A stretch of DNA of 64,000 nucleotides from Rhodothermia bacterium (GTDB taxonomy: Bacteria > Bacteroidota > Rhodothermia > Rhodothermales > UBA2364). Numbering within the stretch: position 1 is the stretch's first letter; each line of letters starts with the position of its first letter. A program made the translations under genes and the position numbers. Where the stretch lies: contig JAFLBZ010000022.1 in NCBI GenBank assembly GCA_017303715.1, positions 3,961 through 67,960 on the forward strand. The letters run 5' to 3'. The notes beneath the pieces are model-generated. The model was not told the origin of the DNA and did not search any database. It saw only the letters and a program-made list of their open reading frames with translations. Below are positions 50,962 through 59,908 of the stretch, piece by piece.

Positions 50962-50998
50962 TTGGTTTCGTAATACTTAGAATAAATATTTTACCGGC

Positions 50999-53900
50999 TC
51001 ACCAGAACGTCCGGAATTTGAAGAGTTGTTCGCGTTCGCTATCCATTGCTAAGGTCATTGGCGGCAAGTCAGAATAAGATGGCCCACCTCCCGGCATCAC
51101 ATATTGCCCACTCCCGACTCGTTGAATGGCTGCGGCCAGTGGATTGTCAAAATCAAACCCAAATAAGCGCGGATTTTCGCCGATAACGGCTGCGGCGGTA
51201 ATGTAAAAAACATAATTTTTGGTTTCTTCCGGCATCCAGGTTTGCGTGTACATGTTCCAAAAATTACGGTCTCGTGGATTGTTTGGCATCGCACGTATCC
51301 GCTTGATGACATTTCCTTCCCCCCAGTTGTAAGATGCCATCACACACAAGCCTGATGCCTGAGCATCCGTTTTGTAAATATCCGCAATATAGGAAGAAGC
51401 GGCCTCGCCAGCTTTTACCGGATCGTGCCGTTCATCGCCTGGATCATAAACACCCGAATCTTTCAGTGGGCCTATTCTAAGGCCATATTTTGCACCTGTT
51501 GCTGGAATAAATTGCCACATCCCTTTAGCATGTCCATACCGTGTTGGCGGCCCCACAATTTTGGTATTAAAATTGCTTTCTTGCATACCCAAATAAAAAA
51601 ACTGTGGCGGCACACCACGTTTCATAAAACTGGCCACAATGGGTTCAACGTAGCCATTTTCTTGTGCGGTTTTTAGAGCATTTATATAACGGGAACTGCT
51701 TTGCCAATATTTGATATATTGTTTTACTTTCTCCACATAACCCGCCGGCATTATCATCTCATTCTCGCCAAAAAGCCGTGTGATATCAAAAATCAATTTA
51801 TCAACACTGCCGATATTATTCCCGCCATTTGCGAGATTTACCGCTGCTCGATATTGCGGACGCGCACGCATTTTTTCAGAATAGGCTTGTTGCATTTCGA
51901 TGATTTTACGGGCGGTTTCGTCTCGCAATTTTTTATTCGTATTGAGCGTAGAATCGTTCGCAAATTTAAGCTGGAGTTCTTTAATTTGATAAAATAAAAC
52001 GACATTTAAGGAATCCTGAGTCGTGAGTGCATTATTCGAGGCATCTAAGGCTGCACCTAAAGTATTGCTCTCGCTATGTTTCCAAAATGCCCAAATAGCC
52101 GCAATCAATAATCCTACAGCCACGACACCGATAATGACATAATATTTTTGCTTATCCCGCTTGCTCATTCGGTTAAAAGCCGCCATCATCATTTGTGTAC
52201 GAGAACCCATTTCTGCCGTTTGCCCCGACTCAAATTTGCGCATATATCCTGAAACGGATCCTGCTGCTGGGCTTGTCTTGGGTGCATCTTGGTATGAAGG
52301 CGCAATCGCAGAAGGTTCCCATTTTTTTTCACTTCCCCAATCCGAAGGTGGTTGATTTGTTGGCGGAATAGATGGGCTTGACCAATTTTCGGGTGCGGAC
52401 CACACATCGGCACTTGCCGGCTTTTGTGTCGGTTGCGGCGGTGACGCTCCCCACTCAGAAGCTGCACTTTGAGGCTCAGAAGGCTTGGCTGCCCAATCAA
52501 AGGCGGGCGAAGCGGCTGGTTTTTCAGACTCCCAACCCGATGAAGGGCTTTCTTCTGCTGGAGGCGAACCCCAAGACATGCCACCAGAAACAGGAGGCGG
52601 TGTGTCCCATGTCAAGCCCCCCGATTGGGGAGCATCCCAGTTCACAAAAGGATCATCTTCTGGGGGCGTCGTTTTTTGCTCTGGAACAGCCGGCATCCCC
52701 GGTGTACTCCATTCATAGTTGGGCGGCACATTATCCGAACCGCCCTTCTGGTCCCAGTCGGTTTGAGAAGTTAGCCAATCTGGCTTTGGGGTTTCTGACG
52801 ATTCCCAAGAAGTCGGCGTAGTTTGTTGGGCTATATTCGGGATGTCCCAACCACCGGAGGATGGCACTTCCCATTCAGTTGGTGAGACTGGAGCCGCTGA
52901 CGGGGCTTCGCCAACCACATTTTCCAATGACCTAAAAAACCCCGTGTTTAAGCCCGTTTGTGGCAAATCAGGTGTTTGCGCTGGCGTTATTCCTTGCAAG
53001 TCCTTGAGAGCAGAACTTATTCCAGAGGACAAGCCCAAGTTTTTAAGCGGATCCTCCACAGGTTCTGGTTTGCTGGGTGTCGGGCTTGGCGAGTTTTCTT
53101 GCTGAGGTATGTCCGCTAAGGCTTTAAAAATGCTTGACGGTAAAGACGATGCCGCTGAAGGAGACGGCGGAATGGCGACCTCATTCGGTGCTTCTTCCGT
53201 TAAGCCCGCAAAAAAACCCGTGCCCAAGCCTAAAGAACTTTCTATAGATGGTGCTGGCGTGGTCTCTGGTAATGGAGGTGAGGGCGAGGATGAAACTTCC
53301 TCCTGAACAGATTCCGACAAAGAACGGAAAAATCCCGACGCCAAGCCTGTGGATGTGGAGGTCTCTGGTGATACTGGTGAAGGCGGGGACGAGGCTTCCT
53401 CCTGAACAGATTCCGACAAAGAACGGAAAAATCCCGATGCCAAACCCGTGGATGGAAATTCATTTACGGCTGGCTCTTCCAAAAGCGGCGTTTGTGGAGC
53501 CTCAAAAGCAATATTTTCTGGTTTAGATTCAAAAAAAGCCTTCCCCGAATCTAATTCCGCCTTAAAAACGCCAGAGTCAATTAAGGGTTTGGATTCTGGA
53601 AAAGCAGATTCCCCTGTTTTTTCTGCTTCATCCGAGAACGAAGCAAAAAAGCCAGACGCCAAAGCTCCTGTTGGTTCTATTGGTTTGGGATCTATACGGC
53701 TTTCCACTGGTTCTGAAAATGCTGGTGAACCTCCCGAAATATCGCCTAACGACTGCCAAAACGAAGTTGCCAAATTGGGCGTAACATTCCCTTCGGGCGG
53801 CTTTTCCACCACATTTGTTTGGGGTTCAAAGCGTAGTAGTGGGCCATTTCGCCCAAACTCCACTTCTTTTGCCCCATCTAAGACAATGTGCGTAACTCTG

Positions 53901-54121
53901 GCGCCGTTTACCCAAATGCCGTTTGTGCTACCAAGGTCTTGGAGAACCCAATTTTCACCCTCTTTAATGACTTCGGCGTGGTTACGGCTAACAAGTGAGT
54001 TTGAGAGATAAATAGGACAGGTAGCATCCCTACCAATTTTGAATGCTTGTTCAAATTGAAAAGAGGTTGCAACGTCGGCAACTTGTCCTTTCAAAATAAT
54101 AACGCGGATGTTTGTTTGCAT
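50999..54121 (-). CDS. FHA domain - long disordered repeat region - TM - lytic transglycosylase (SLT) fusion protein
   Basis: N-terminal FHA (FKIGRDATCPIYL..VSRNHAEV....W.LQDLGSTNGIWVNG), then about 550 aa of low complexity. A TM (YYVIIGVVAVGLLIAAIWAFW) precedes the SLT catalytic region (LGMQESNFN...GAKGMWQFIPATGAKYGL...MASYNWGEGN). Confidence 0.8.
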   Translation of the reverse strand: MQTNIRVIILKGQVADVATSFQFEQAFKIGRDATCPIYLSNSLVSRNHAEVIKEGENWVLQDLGSTNGIWVNGARVTHIVLDGAKEVEFGRNGPLLRFEPQTNVVEKPPEGNVTPNLATSFWQSLGDISGGSPAFSEPVESRIDPKPIEPTGALASGFFASFSDEAEKTGESAFPESKPLIDSGVFKAELDSGKAFFESKPENIAFEAPQTPLLEEPAVNEFPSTGLASGFFRSLSESVQEEASSPPSPVSPETSTSTGLASGFFRSLSESVQEEVSSSPSPPLPETTPAPSIESSLGLGTGFFAGLTEEAPNEVAIPPSPSAASSLPSSIFKALADIPQQENSPSPTPSKPEPVEDPLKNLGLSSGISSALKDLQGITPAQTPDLPQTGLNTGFFRSLENVVGEAPSAAPVSPTEWEVPSSGGWDIPNIAQQTTPTSWESSETPKPDWLTSQTDWDQKGGSDNVPPNYEWSTPGMPAVPEQKTTPPEDDPFVNWDAPQSGGLTWDTPPPVSGGMSWGSPPAEESPSSGWESEKPAASPAFDWAAKPSEPQSAASEWGASPPQPTQKPASADVWSAPENWSSPSIPPTNQPPSDWGSEKKWEPSAIAPSYQDAPKTSPAAGSVSGYMRKFESGQTAEMGSRTQMMMAAFNRMSKRDKQKYYVIIGVVAVGLLIAAIWAFWKHSESNTLGAALDASNNALTTQDSLNVVLFYQIKELQLKFANDSTLNTNKKLRDETARKIIEMQQAYSEKMRARPQYRAAVNLANGGNNIGSVDKLIFDITRLFGENEMIMPAGYVEKVKQYIKYWQSSSRYINALKTAQENGYVEPIVASFMKRGVPPQFFYLGMQESNFNTKIVGPPTRYGHAKGMWQFIPATGAKYGLRIGPLKDSGVYDPGDERHDPVKAGEAASSYIADIYKTDAQASGLCVMASYNWGEGNVIKRIRAMPNNPRDRNFWNMYTQTWMPEETKNYVFYITAAAVIGENPRLFGFDFDNPLAAAIQRVGSGQYVMPGGGPSYSDLPPMTLAMDSEREQLFKFRTFW
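53261..53458. repeat. Tandem 99-bp (33-codon) duplication inside the FHA-SLT gene
   Basis: Copies at 53261-53359 and 53360-53458 share a 43-nt identical core (CTTCCTCCTGAACAGATTCCGACAAAGAACGGAAAAATCCCGA). On the minus strand they encode GLASGFFRSLSESVQEE(A/V)SS.PSP..PET twice. Confidence 0.85.
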
Positions 54122-54334
54122 GCGCGGAAGGGCTAACGATGTACTTATGGGTTAAAATCATGGGGTTGATGCGTGTTTTTACAAGACCAACCTTTTTTTA
54201 CAACGCAAAAATTGAACCGAAAGGCTATAACCAATTTAGATAACTTAATGATGCATTCACAATTCGAGCAAGCATTTAGGATACAAGTACTTATCCGAAA
54301 TACATCATTAATTTAACCTACCGCATTATAACCA

Positions 54335-56212
54335 TCATTTTGAGATTTCAAAGCCAAGCGCAAGACTTATTTCGTCTCCTAACAAAGACTTTGGCGAATT
54401 GACCCAGATACCAACACCAAAATGATCTTTGGATCGCGGACTATCACCAACTTCGACCTTGACCGCATTTTCATCAAGCTGATATCCGCCCTCAGATAAC
54501 ACAGCAGTCAATTGGGCAGACAGTTGCGCTTGAATATTAGATGCGCTCATCCCTGCGACGAGTTTGGTTTGTGCAAACAGAATGGCTTGAGTGATTTTTG
54601 AAGTCACCATTTTGCATGCAAGTGTTGCATGGAGTTTTGCCTCTGCCAATGAATCAGGGTCTATATAATTGGCTACTTTTTGAAAGGACTGCGCACCCGA
54701 AATATACAAGCTATCTGTATTGGGCCGAGATGCCAAAACTGTAAAACCCGCATCTGCCAATTCACTTTGTTTTTGTTGATCTAACCACATAAACAACGGT
54801 GAAGCATTTGTATCCGATTTTCTAATGGGATAATCGGCTTGCAGACCTGCACCTCCAGCACCAACAAACCCTACACCCCAGCCGTGTTTTAGGTATCCTT
54901 GTGCAAGAGCGATGCCCACAGGCAACGAAGCTCGACCCCACAAATGCCCACTCCCATCCGAAGGGGTTTTCTCGTCATAAGCTAGGCCGCCTAAAAGTTG
55001 CACTCCACGATAAGGCGCCCGGAGCAAAACATGTGGGAGTGCTAACGTTATCCAGCCAGAAGAAGGTTGTTCTCTTAATAATGGCCAGCCTAAAAACGCG
55101 GGTTTTTGCAGGTGTTGCAAAATGCTTGCCGCTCGGAGATTGCCATAGGCATCCTTTTCTGTCCAAAGCCTCGTTGCGGCTGCCCCAATAACCGGAATTT
55201 GTAAACTCGCTGCCGTTTCTGAAATATCCGATACGCGCTCCAAATCCATCGCAACATCCCCAAACGTAAAGTCCAAAATCATTGCTGCAAAGGGTACTTG
55301 TGGGGGTTCGTGATAGGCTGGCAACAAAACTTGGTGGTATAAGGCGGTGTTAAGTTGCTCTTTATTGACGGATAACACTTCCAACCGCACGTTTTTGCGA
55401 AAATCCAAACGATCCACCATTTTTTTTAAACCACGCCAAGCCGATTCTAATTGCTGAAAAGCCGTATGGTGTAAAATGGCATCCAATTGCTGAGCAATAC
55501 TGCGCTCTACATCCTCAATAGCTTCTTGAAGTGTAGATTTTCCAACTTCAGCCGGACGGGCAGGCTTTGAAGCCGATTTTTGTCCCGCCAATGCCCGAAT
55601 CAAGGCGTCCATAGGATCGCCCCCAGCTTGTTTTCCAGAAGACGGCGTGTCAATATCAACTAAATTCAGCAAATTATCCAATCCCCCACCAGTTGATGAT
55701 GATATTGAAGGTGCTGATGTTTGAGGAGTCGGCTGGATTCGATCCGACCAATGAAATGCTTCTTCTCTTTCAAAACCAAGCGTTTGAATGGTTCCCACAA
55801 ATTCATGATGGCCTATTTGGTCTCGCTTCACCATAAGTAAGGCATCTCTTAAGCCGAGATAACGCTTCACCAAAGGTAGCTGGTCTATCAAGCGGTCTGG
55901 CTGAAAAGCCTGTATATGATCAAAAACCAATGTTGAGGTAAGTGTTTTTGGGCCATTACCAAGGTGATTAGGAACCTCGATGGTGACGGAAGGCCGCCAC
56001 GAGATCATTAATTCCGAGAAAGTGTATTTGTCAACTTTGACGAGCTGAGTTGCTCCTTCCCAATCAACCTCGTGCATCAAATGAGGCGTCAGATCAGAAG
56101 CTAAAAGGAGGCGAAAGGGCGTATTGGTCGCAATTTCGCGGGGTTCTTCCCCTTTAGAAGCAGAGAATCCCATATTTACACGGAATTCCTGAATTGGAGA
56201 GGTGTTTTCCAT
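54335..56212 (-). CDS. tssBC: Fused TssB-TssC (VipA-VipB-like) contractile sheath protein in one polypeptide
   Basis: aa 1-150 parallel TssB/VipA (FRVNMGF...TPFRLLLASDL, VKVDKYTFSELM, VFDHIQAFQPDRLIDQLPLVKRYLGLRDAL). aa 155-175 are a Ser/Pro/Thr-rich linker. aa 175-625 parallel full-length TssC/VipB (LDAILHHTAFQQLESAWRGLKKMVDRLDFRKN, LLRAPY, HLWGRAS, SELADAGFTVL, C-terminal EISLALGFEI). Confidence 0.85.
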   Translation of the reverse strand: MENTSPIQEFRVNMGFSASKGEEPREIATNTPFRLLLASDLTPHLMHEVDWEGATQLVKVDKYTFSELMISWRPSVTIEVPNHLGNGPKTLTSTLVFDHIQAFQPDRLIDQLPLVKRYLGLRDALLMVKRDQIGHHEFVGTIQTLGFEREEAFHWSDRIQPTPQTSAPSISSSTGGGLDNLLNLVDIDTPSSGKQAGGDPMDALIRALAGQKSASKPARPAEVGKSTLQEAIEDVERSIAQQLDAILHHTAFQQLESAWRGLKKMVDRLDFRKNVRLEVLSVNKEQLNTALYHQVLLPAYHEPPQVPFAAMILDFTFGDVAMDLERVSDISETAASLQIPVIGAAATRLWTEKDAYGNLRAASILQHLQKPAFLGWPLLREQPSSGWITLALPHVLLRAPYRGVQLLGGLAYDEKTPSDGSGHLWGRASLPVGIALAQGYLKHGWGVGFVGAGGAGLQADYPIRKSDTNASPLFMWLDQQKQSELADAGFTVLASRPNTDSLYISGAQSFQKVANYIDPDSLAEAKLHATLACKMVTSKITQAILFAQTKLVAGMSASNIQAQLSAQLTAVLSEGGYQLDENAVKVEVGDSPRSKDHFGVGIWVNSPKSLLGDEISLALGFEISK

Positions 56213-56909
56213 ACTCGCGGTGATAGGTTTATTTTATATGGTCAAATGGATGAGGTTGTCTTTTCGTTGTCCTTTATCCGAAACAAGAACTGCACAAATC
56301 TTACGCACCTTGGCATTTCGCCCAGTCCCCCAAACTTTCTACTATGGACAAGAATCATCTGAGCAGTGGGAGCAAGTCGTATTTAACCCTAAAGAACGTA
56401 AAAAGCAAGTGGAAAGGTGAAAAAAATCAAATGGGGTTGTTACCTTTTCCAAATCTGCACGGCTTATGAGATGTACCTTTTGGTGTTTGGTGGTTTGAAG
56501 AACGGTATCGGATGTAAAACGACAGTACCTCCTCCAGTTTTGCACTCGGTGCCGTTCTTATTTTTTATTAAGATACGGAAAAGAAGCCCATATTCCAAGC
56601 ACCTTTGCTTCTGTTCGATACATCCATTCTTCCTCCTCTAACCCCGGTTTTGGGCTTCACAATTTTGTTATTAAACGAATTAGATTCTTGAACTTGGCCT
56701 GATTTCTTACAATTATCCAACTATGAGCGCTCCTTCACCGTGTTCGGATCGCCAAGCGGCAGGTTCTCCGTCGGACGATCGTGCATGTTTACGCCTAAAA
56801 AATGAACATGCACTCCTTTAGACCTAAATGAAGTCTAATACATTTAGTAGTCGCGCAGGAGTTTACCGTACACCATTTTGTGCTCATTGAATGAAAGATG
56901 CTTCTAGCT

Positions 56910-58220
56910 TCAAAGATAATCATTCAAGATTTGCTCATAGCGTTCTTGTTTCCCACTAATCTCCGCAGGTTCACTGCTTTCAAAAGCAAATTGACGCAAA
57001 TCTTCAAGCACAAGTTTGCCCTCTTCAAAGTCTTTGCCCATGCCATTATCAAAGGAGGCATAACGGTTTTTCCGCATTGCCAGATAAGGAGAATTGCAAA
57101 GAATGGTATCTGCGGTAATCAGCGCCCGCGCAAAGGCATCCATTCCCGCAATATGTGCAACAAACAAGTCTTCGGGGTCAACAGAATTTCGTCGAAGTTT
57201 TGCATCAAAGTTAATGCCACCTGAAGTAAAGCCTCCCGCTTCTAAAATCACCAACATGGCCTCTGTCAGTTCTTGTACATTCATCGGAAATTGGTCGGTA
57301 TCCCATCCGTTTTGGTAATCTCCTCGGTTCGCATCCATACTTCCCATCATTCCGGCATCCGCCGCCACCTGAAGTTCATGCTGAAAGGTGTGGCCAGCAA
57401 GTGTGGCGTGGTTGACTTCGATATTGAGCTTAAAGTCTTGGTCTAACCCATGCTCCCGCAAGAATCCAATAACGGTTTCTGCGTCAAAATCATACTGGTG
57501 CTTCGTAGGTTCGCACGGTTTTGGCTCAATGAGAAACGTTCCCATAAATCCTTGTTTTCGTGCATAATCTCGTGCCAAAGTTAACATCATGGCCAAGTGT
57601 GCTTTTTCCCGCTTCATTTGGGTATTGAGCAGCGTCATATATCCTTCTCGCCCTCCCCAAAAGACGTAGTTCTCTCCCCCAAGTGCAATGGTTGCATCCA
57701 AGGCATTTTTAATTTGCGTGCCAGCATAAGCCACTACCCGAAAATCAGGATTGGTCGCAGCGCCATTCATATAACGTGGATGGGAAAAAACATTGGCCGT
57801 TCCCCATAACAATTTAATACCTGTATCTTTTTGTTTTTGTTGAGCATAGTCAATAATCTTAGCCAGATTTGCCTCGTACATAGCAAGGGACTCCCCTTCG
57901 TCCACCAAGTCAACATCGTGAAAACAGTAATAAGGGACACCTAACTTTTGCATAAACTCGAAGGCGGCATCCATTTTTTTGCGTGCCCGTTCGATGGGAT
58001 TACCAAATTTGTCCCAAGCAAATCTCCGTGTACCCGGCCCAAAGGGATCTCCTCCTGTTCCACCAAAGGTATGCCAATAACAAACCGCAAAACGCAGGTG
58101 TTCCTTTAGCGTTTTTCCGGCGACTATGCGGTTTTCATCGTACCATTTAAAGGCCAAGGGATTATCGGATGAACGGCCTTCAAACGTGATTTTATCAATT
58201 CCGGAATAATATTCAGACAT
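56910..58220 (-). CDS. xylA: Xylose isomerase
   Basis: [49 protein letters not shown] and 436 aa. Confidence 0.95.
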   Translation of the reverse strand: MSEYYSGIDKITFEGRSSDNPLAFKWYDENRIVAGKTLKEHLRFAVCYWHTFGGTGGDPFGPGTRRFAWDKFGNPIERARKKMDAAFEFMQKLGVPYYCFHDVDLVDEGESLAMYEANLAKIIDYAQQKQKDTGIKLLWGTANVFSHPRYMNGAATNPDFRVVAYAGTQIKNALDATIALGGENYVFWGGREGYMTLLNTQMKREKAHLAMMLTLARDYARKQGFMGTFLIEPKPCEPTKHQYDFDAETVIGFLREHGLDQDFKLNIEVNHATLAGHTFQHELQVAADAGMMGSMDANRGDYQNGWDTDQFPMNVQELTEAMLVILEAGGFTSGGINFDAKLRRNSVDPEDLFVAHIAGMDAFARALITADTILCNSPYLAMRKNRYASFDNGMGKDFEEGKLVLEDLRQFAFESSEPAEISGKQERYEQILNDYL

Positions 58221-59715
58221 GGTTTTGGGGATTTAAGCAGTTGCGTTGGTTTTCGAGGATCAATGCCCATTTTTCGTAGGCTTCTTTGTAGTGTGGGATC
58301 AAATTCGGATCTGGCGATTCTTCGTGTATGATGGTCAATCCGGCGGAAACAGCGTCTTCAACAGTTGAATAAGCGCCAATACCCACTCCAGCCGCTCTTG
58401 CAGCACCTTGAGCACCATCTGTGTCTAAAATGGTAAGGGTAGTACTCGTCGTATTTACAAAGGCTTGTCGGAACAACGGGCTAAGGAATAAATTGGCATT
58501 TCCGGCCCTGATCTGCGAAACCAAAAGCCCCATTTCGTGCATGGTTTCCAATCCAAATTGCATAGCAAAGACGATGCCCTCTTGTGCCGCCCGTAACAAA
58601 TGCGCCTTCTCATGCCGATTCAGATCTAAACCAAAAAATCCGGCACCAAGGGGTTGATTTTGTAAGATACGTTCGGTTCCATTTCCAAACGGCAAGCAAG
58701 CCAAGCCATCAGCACCAATGGGCGCTGTTGCGGCCACATCGTTCATAATTCCGTATGACCATTCAGGAGTGACGTTTGCACGAAGCCAGGCGTTAAGCCG
58801 TCCGGCACCATTAATGCAAAGCAATACACCATTTCGGGTAAATTCATGCCGATTGTTGACATGCACAAAGGTATTTACACGGTTTAGTGGATCGTATATT
58901 GCCGCATCTTGAACGCCATACACCACCCCCGACGTTCCGGCGGTCGCGGCCACTTGGCCTGGATGTAGCACCCCCAACGATAGTGCGTTATTGGGCTGAT
59001 CGCCCGCACGGTACATCAAAGGTGTGTGGGCAGGAATACCCAAGAGTTCCGCTACATCCTTCGTAACACGACCTTGACTTCCAAAGGTGGGGCATAGATC
59101 GGGCAATTTTTCAGCCTCAAGTCCCCAATAATCCATCAAGGCATATGCAGGAAAACGATTTTGAAAATCCCACAAAATGCCTTCGGAAAGTCCCGAAACG
59201 GTTGTGGTTATCTCACCGGTTAAGCGGTATGCAAGATAATCTCCGGGCAGCATGATTTTATGAACCGAATCATATCTTTCTGGCTCGTTTATCGCCACCC
59301 ATTTCCACTTTGAGGCCGTAAAATTACTGGGATGGTTCAAAAACCTCCGTAAGCAAAACGACTCACCCAATCCTTGGCTTGCTGTTTCGCCAACCTCAGT
59401 TGCTCGGCTATCGCACCATATAATAGCAGGTCGAACCACTTTCCCCACAGCATCTATCATCACCAAGCCGTGCATTTGATAAGCAATCCCAATGGAAGCC
59501 ACCTGCTTTCTCAAGTTGAGTGGCAATTTTTGTATGGCGTTGCACACTTCCTGCCACCATATTTCGGGAGATTGCTCTGCCCAGCCAGATTTCAGCGCCG
59601 TAATGAGCATTTCTTGCTCCGGCGAAGTAGCCGTGGTCACCACGTCACCCGTTGCAGCCTCAACCAAACTTACTTTGATAGCAGAAGTCCCTAAGTCTAT
59701 TCCAAGTAATAACAC
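58213..59715 (-). CDS. xylB: Xylulokinase (FGGY carbohydrate kinase)
   Basis: [16 protein letters not shown]-terminus, an FGGY C-terminal domain, an 8-nt overlap with xylA, and 500 aa. Confidence 0.88.
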   Translation of the reverse strand: MLLLGIDLGTSAIKVSLVEAATGDVVTTATSPEQEMLITALKSGWAEQSPEIWWQEVCNAIQKLPLNLRKQVASIGIAYQMHGLVMIDAVGKVVRPAIIWCDSRATEVGETASQGLGESFCLRRFLNHPSNFTASKWKWVAINEPERYDSVHKIMLPGDYLAYRLTGEITTTVSGLSEGILWDFQNRFPAYALMDYWGLEAEKLPDLCPTFGSQGRVTKDVAELLGIPAHTPLMYRAGDQPNNALSLGVLHPGQVAATAGTSGVVYGVQDAAIYDPLNRVNTFVHVNNRHEFTRNGVLLCINGAGRLNAWLRANVTPEWSYGIMNDVAATAPIGADGLACLPFGNGTERILQNQPLGAGFFGLDLNRHEKAHLLRAAQEGIVFAMQFGLETMHEMGLLVSQIRAGNANLFLSPLFRQAFVNTTSTTLTILDTDGAQGAARAAGVGIGAYSTVEDAVSAGLTIIHEESPDPNLIPHYKEAYEKWALILENQRNCLNPQNHV

Positions 59716-59908
59716 GACCTTTTTCGATTAAGAGATTAGAGAAACGATACGGATATTTCGCATGAAAATGCAAGTACAAAAGTGGCCAAACTCTTATTGA
59801 TTTAACGATCGCATTTCCATAGCCATTTTGCCTCAAACCATCGTATTTAAAAAATTTATTTTTTCTTGGAAACAAATTTATGCACGAATAAAAACCAGGC
59901 TCGCTGTT

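Noticed and set aside
52372-54011. Plus-strand ORFs of 149 aa (52372-52821) and 187 aa (53448-54011), plus smaller ones, opposite the FHA-SLT gene
   Set aside because: They overlap the repeat and low-complexity coding region of a well-supported minus-strand gene. They lack stops only because of biased composition.
54158-54200. GGTTG...CAACC hairpin followed by T7 on the plus strand, between the sheath gene and the FHA-SLT gene
   Set aside because: The stem is only 5 bp with a 19-nt loop, and the orientation does not match the minus-strand operon. It is not a convincing terminator.
56541-56554. Possible sigma-54 promoter on the minus strand (CGGCAC-N4-TGCA)
   Set aside because: The GG and GC elements are separated by 8 nt instead of the required 10, and the site lies about 330 nt from the start codon.
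56202-56641. Three short ORFs (72, 67 and 74 aa) upstream of the sheath gene, considered as possible Hcp, PAAR or small T6SS components
   Set aside because: They are too short for Hcp and lack PAAR motifs. They overlap one another on both strands and have Cys/Phe-rich odd composition, so I treat the region as non-coding.
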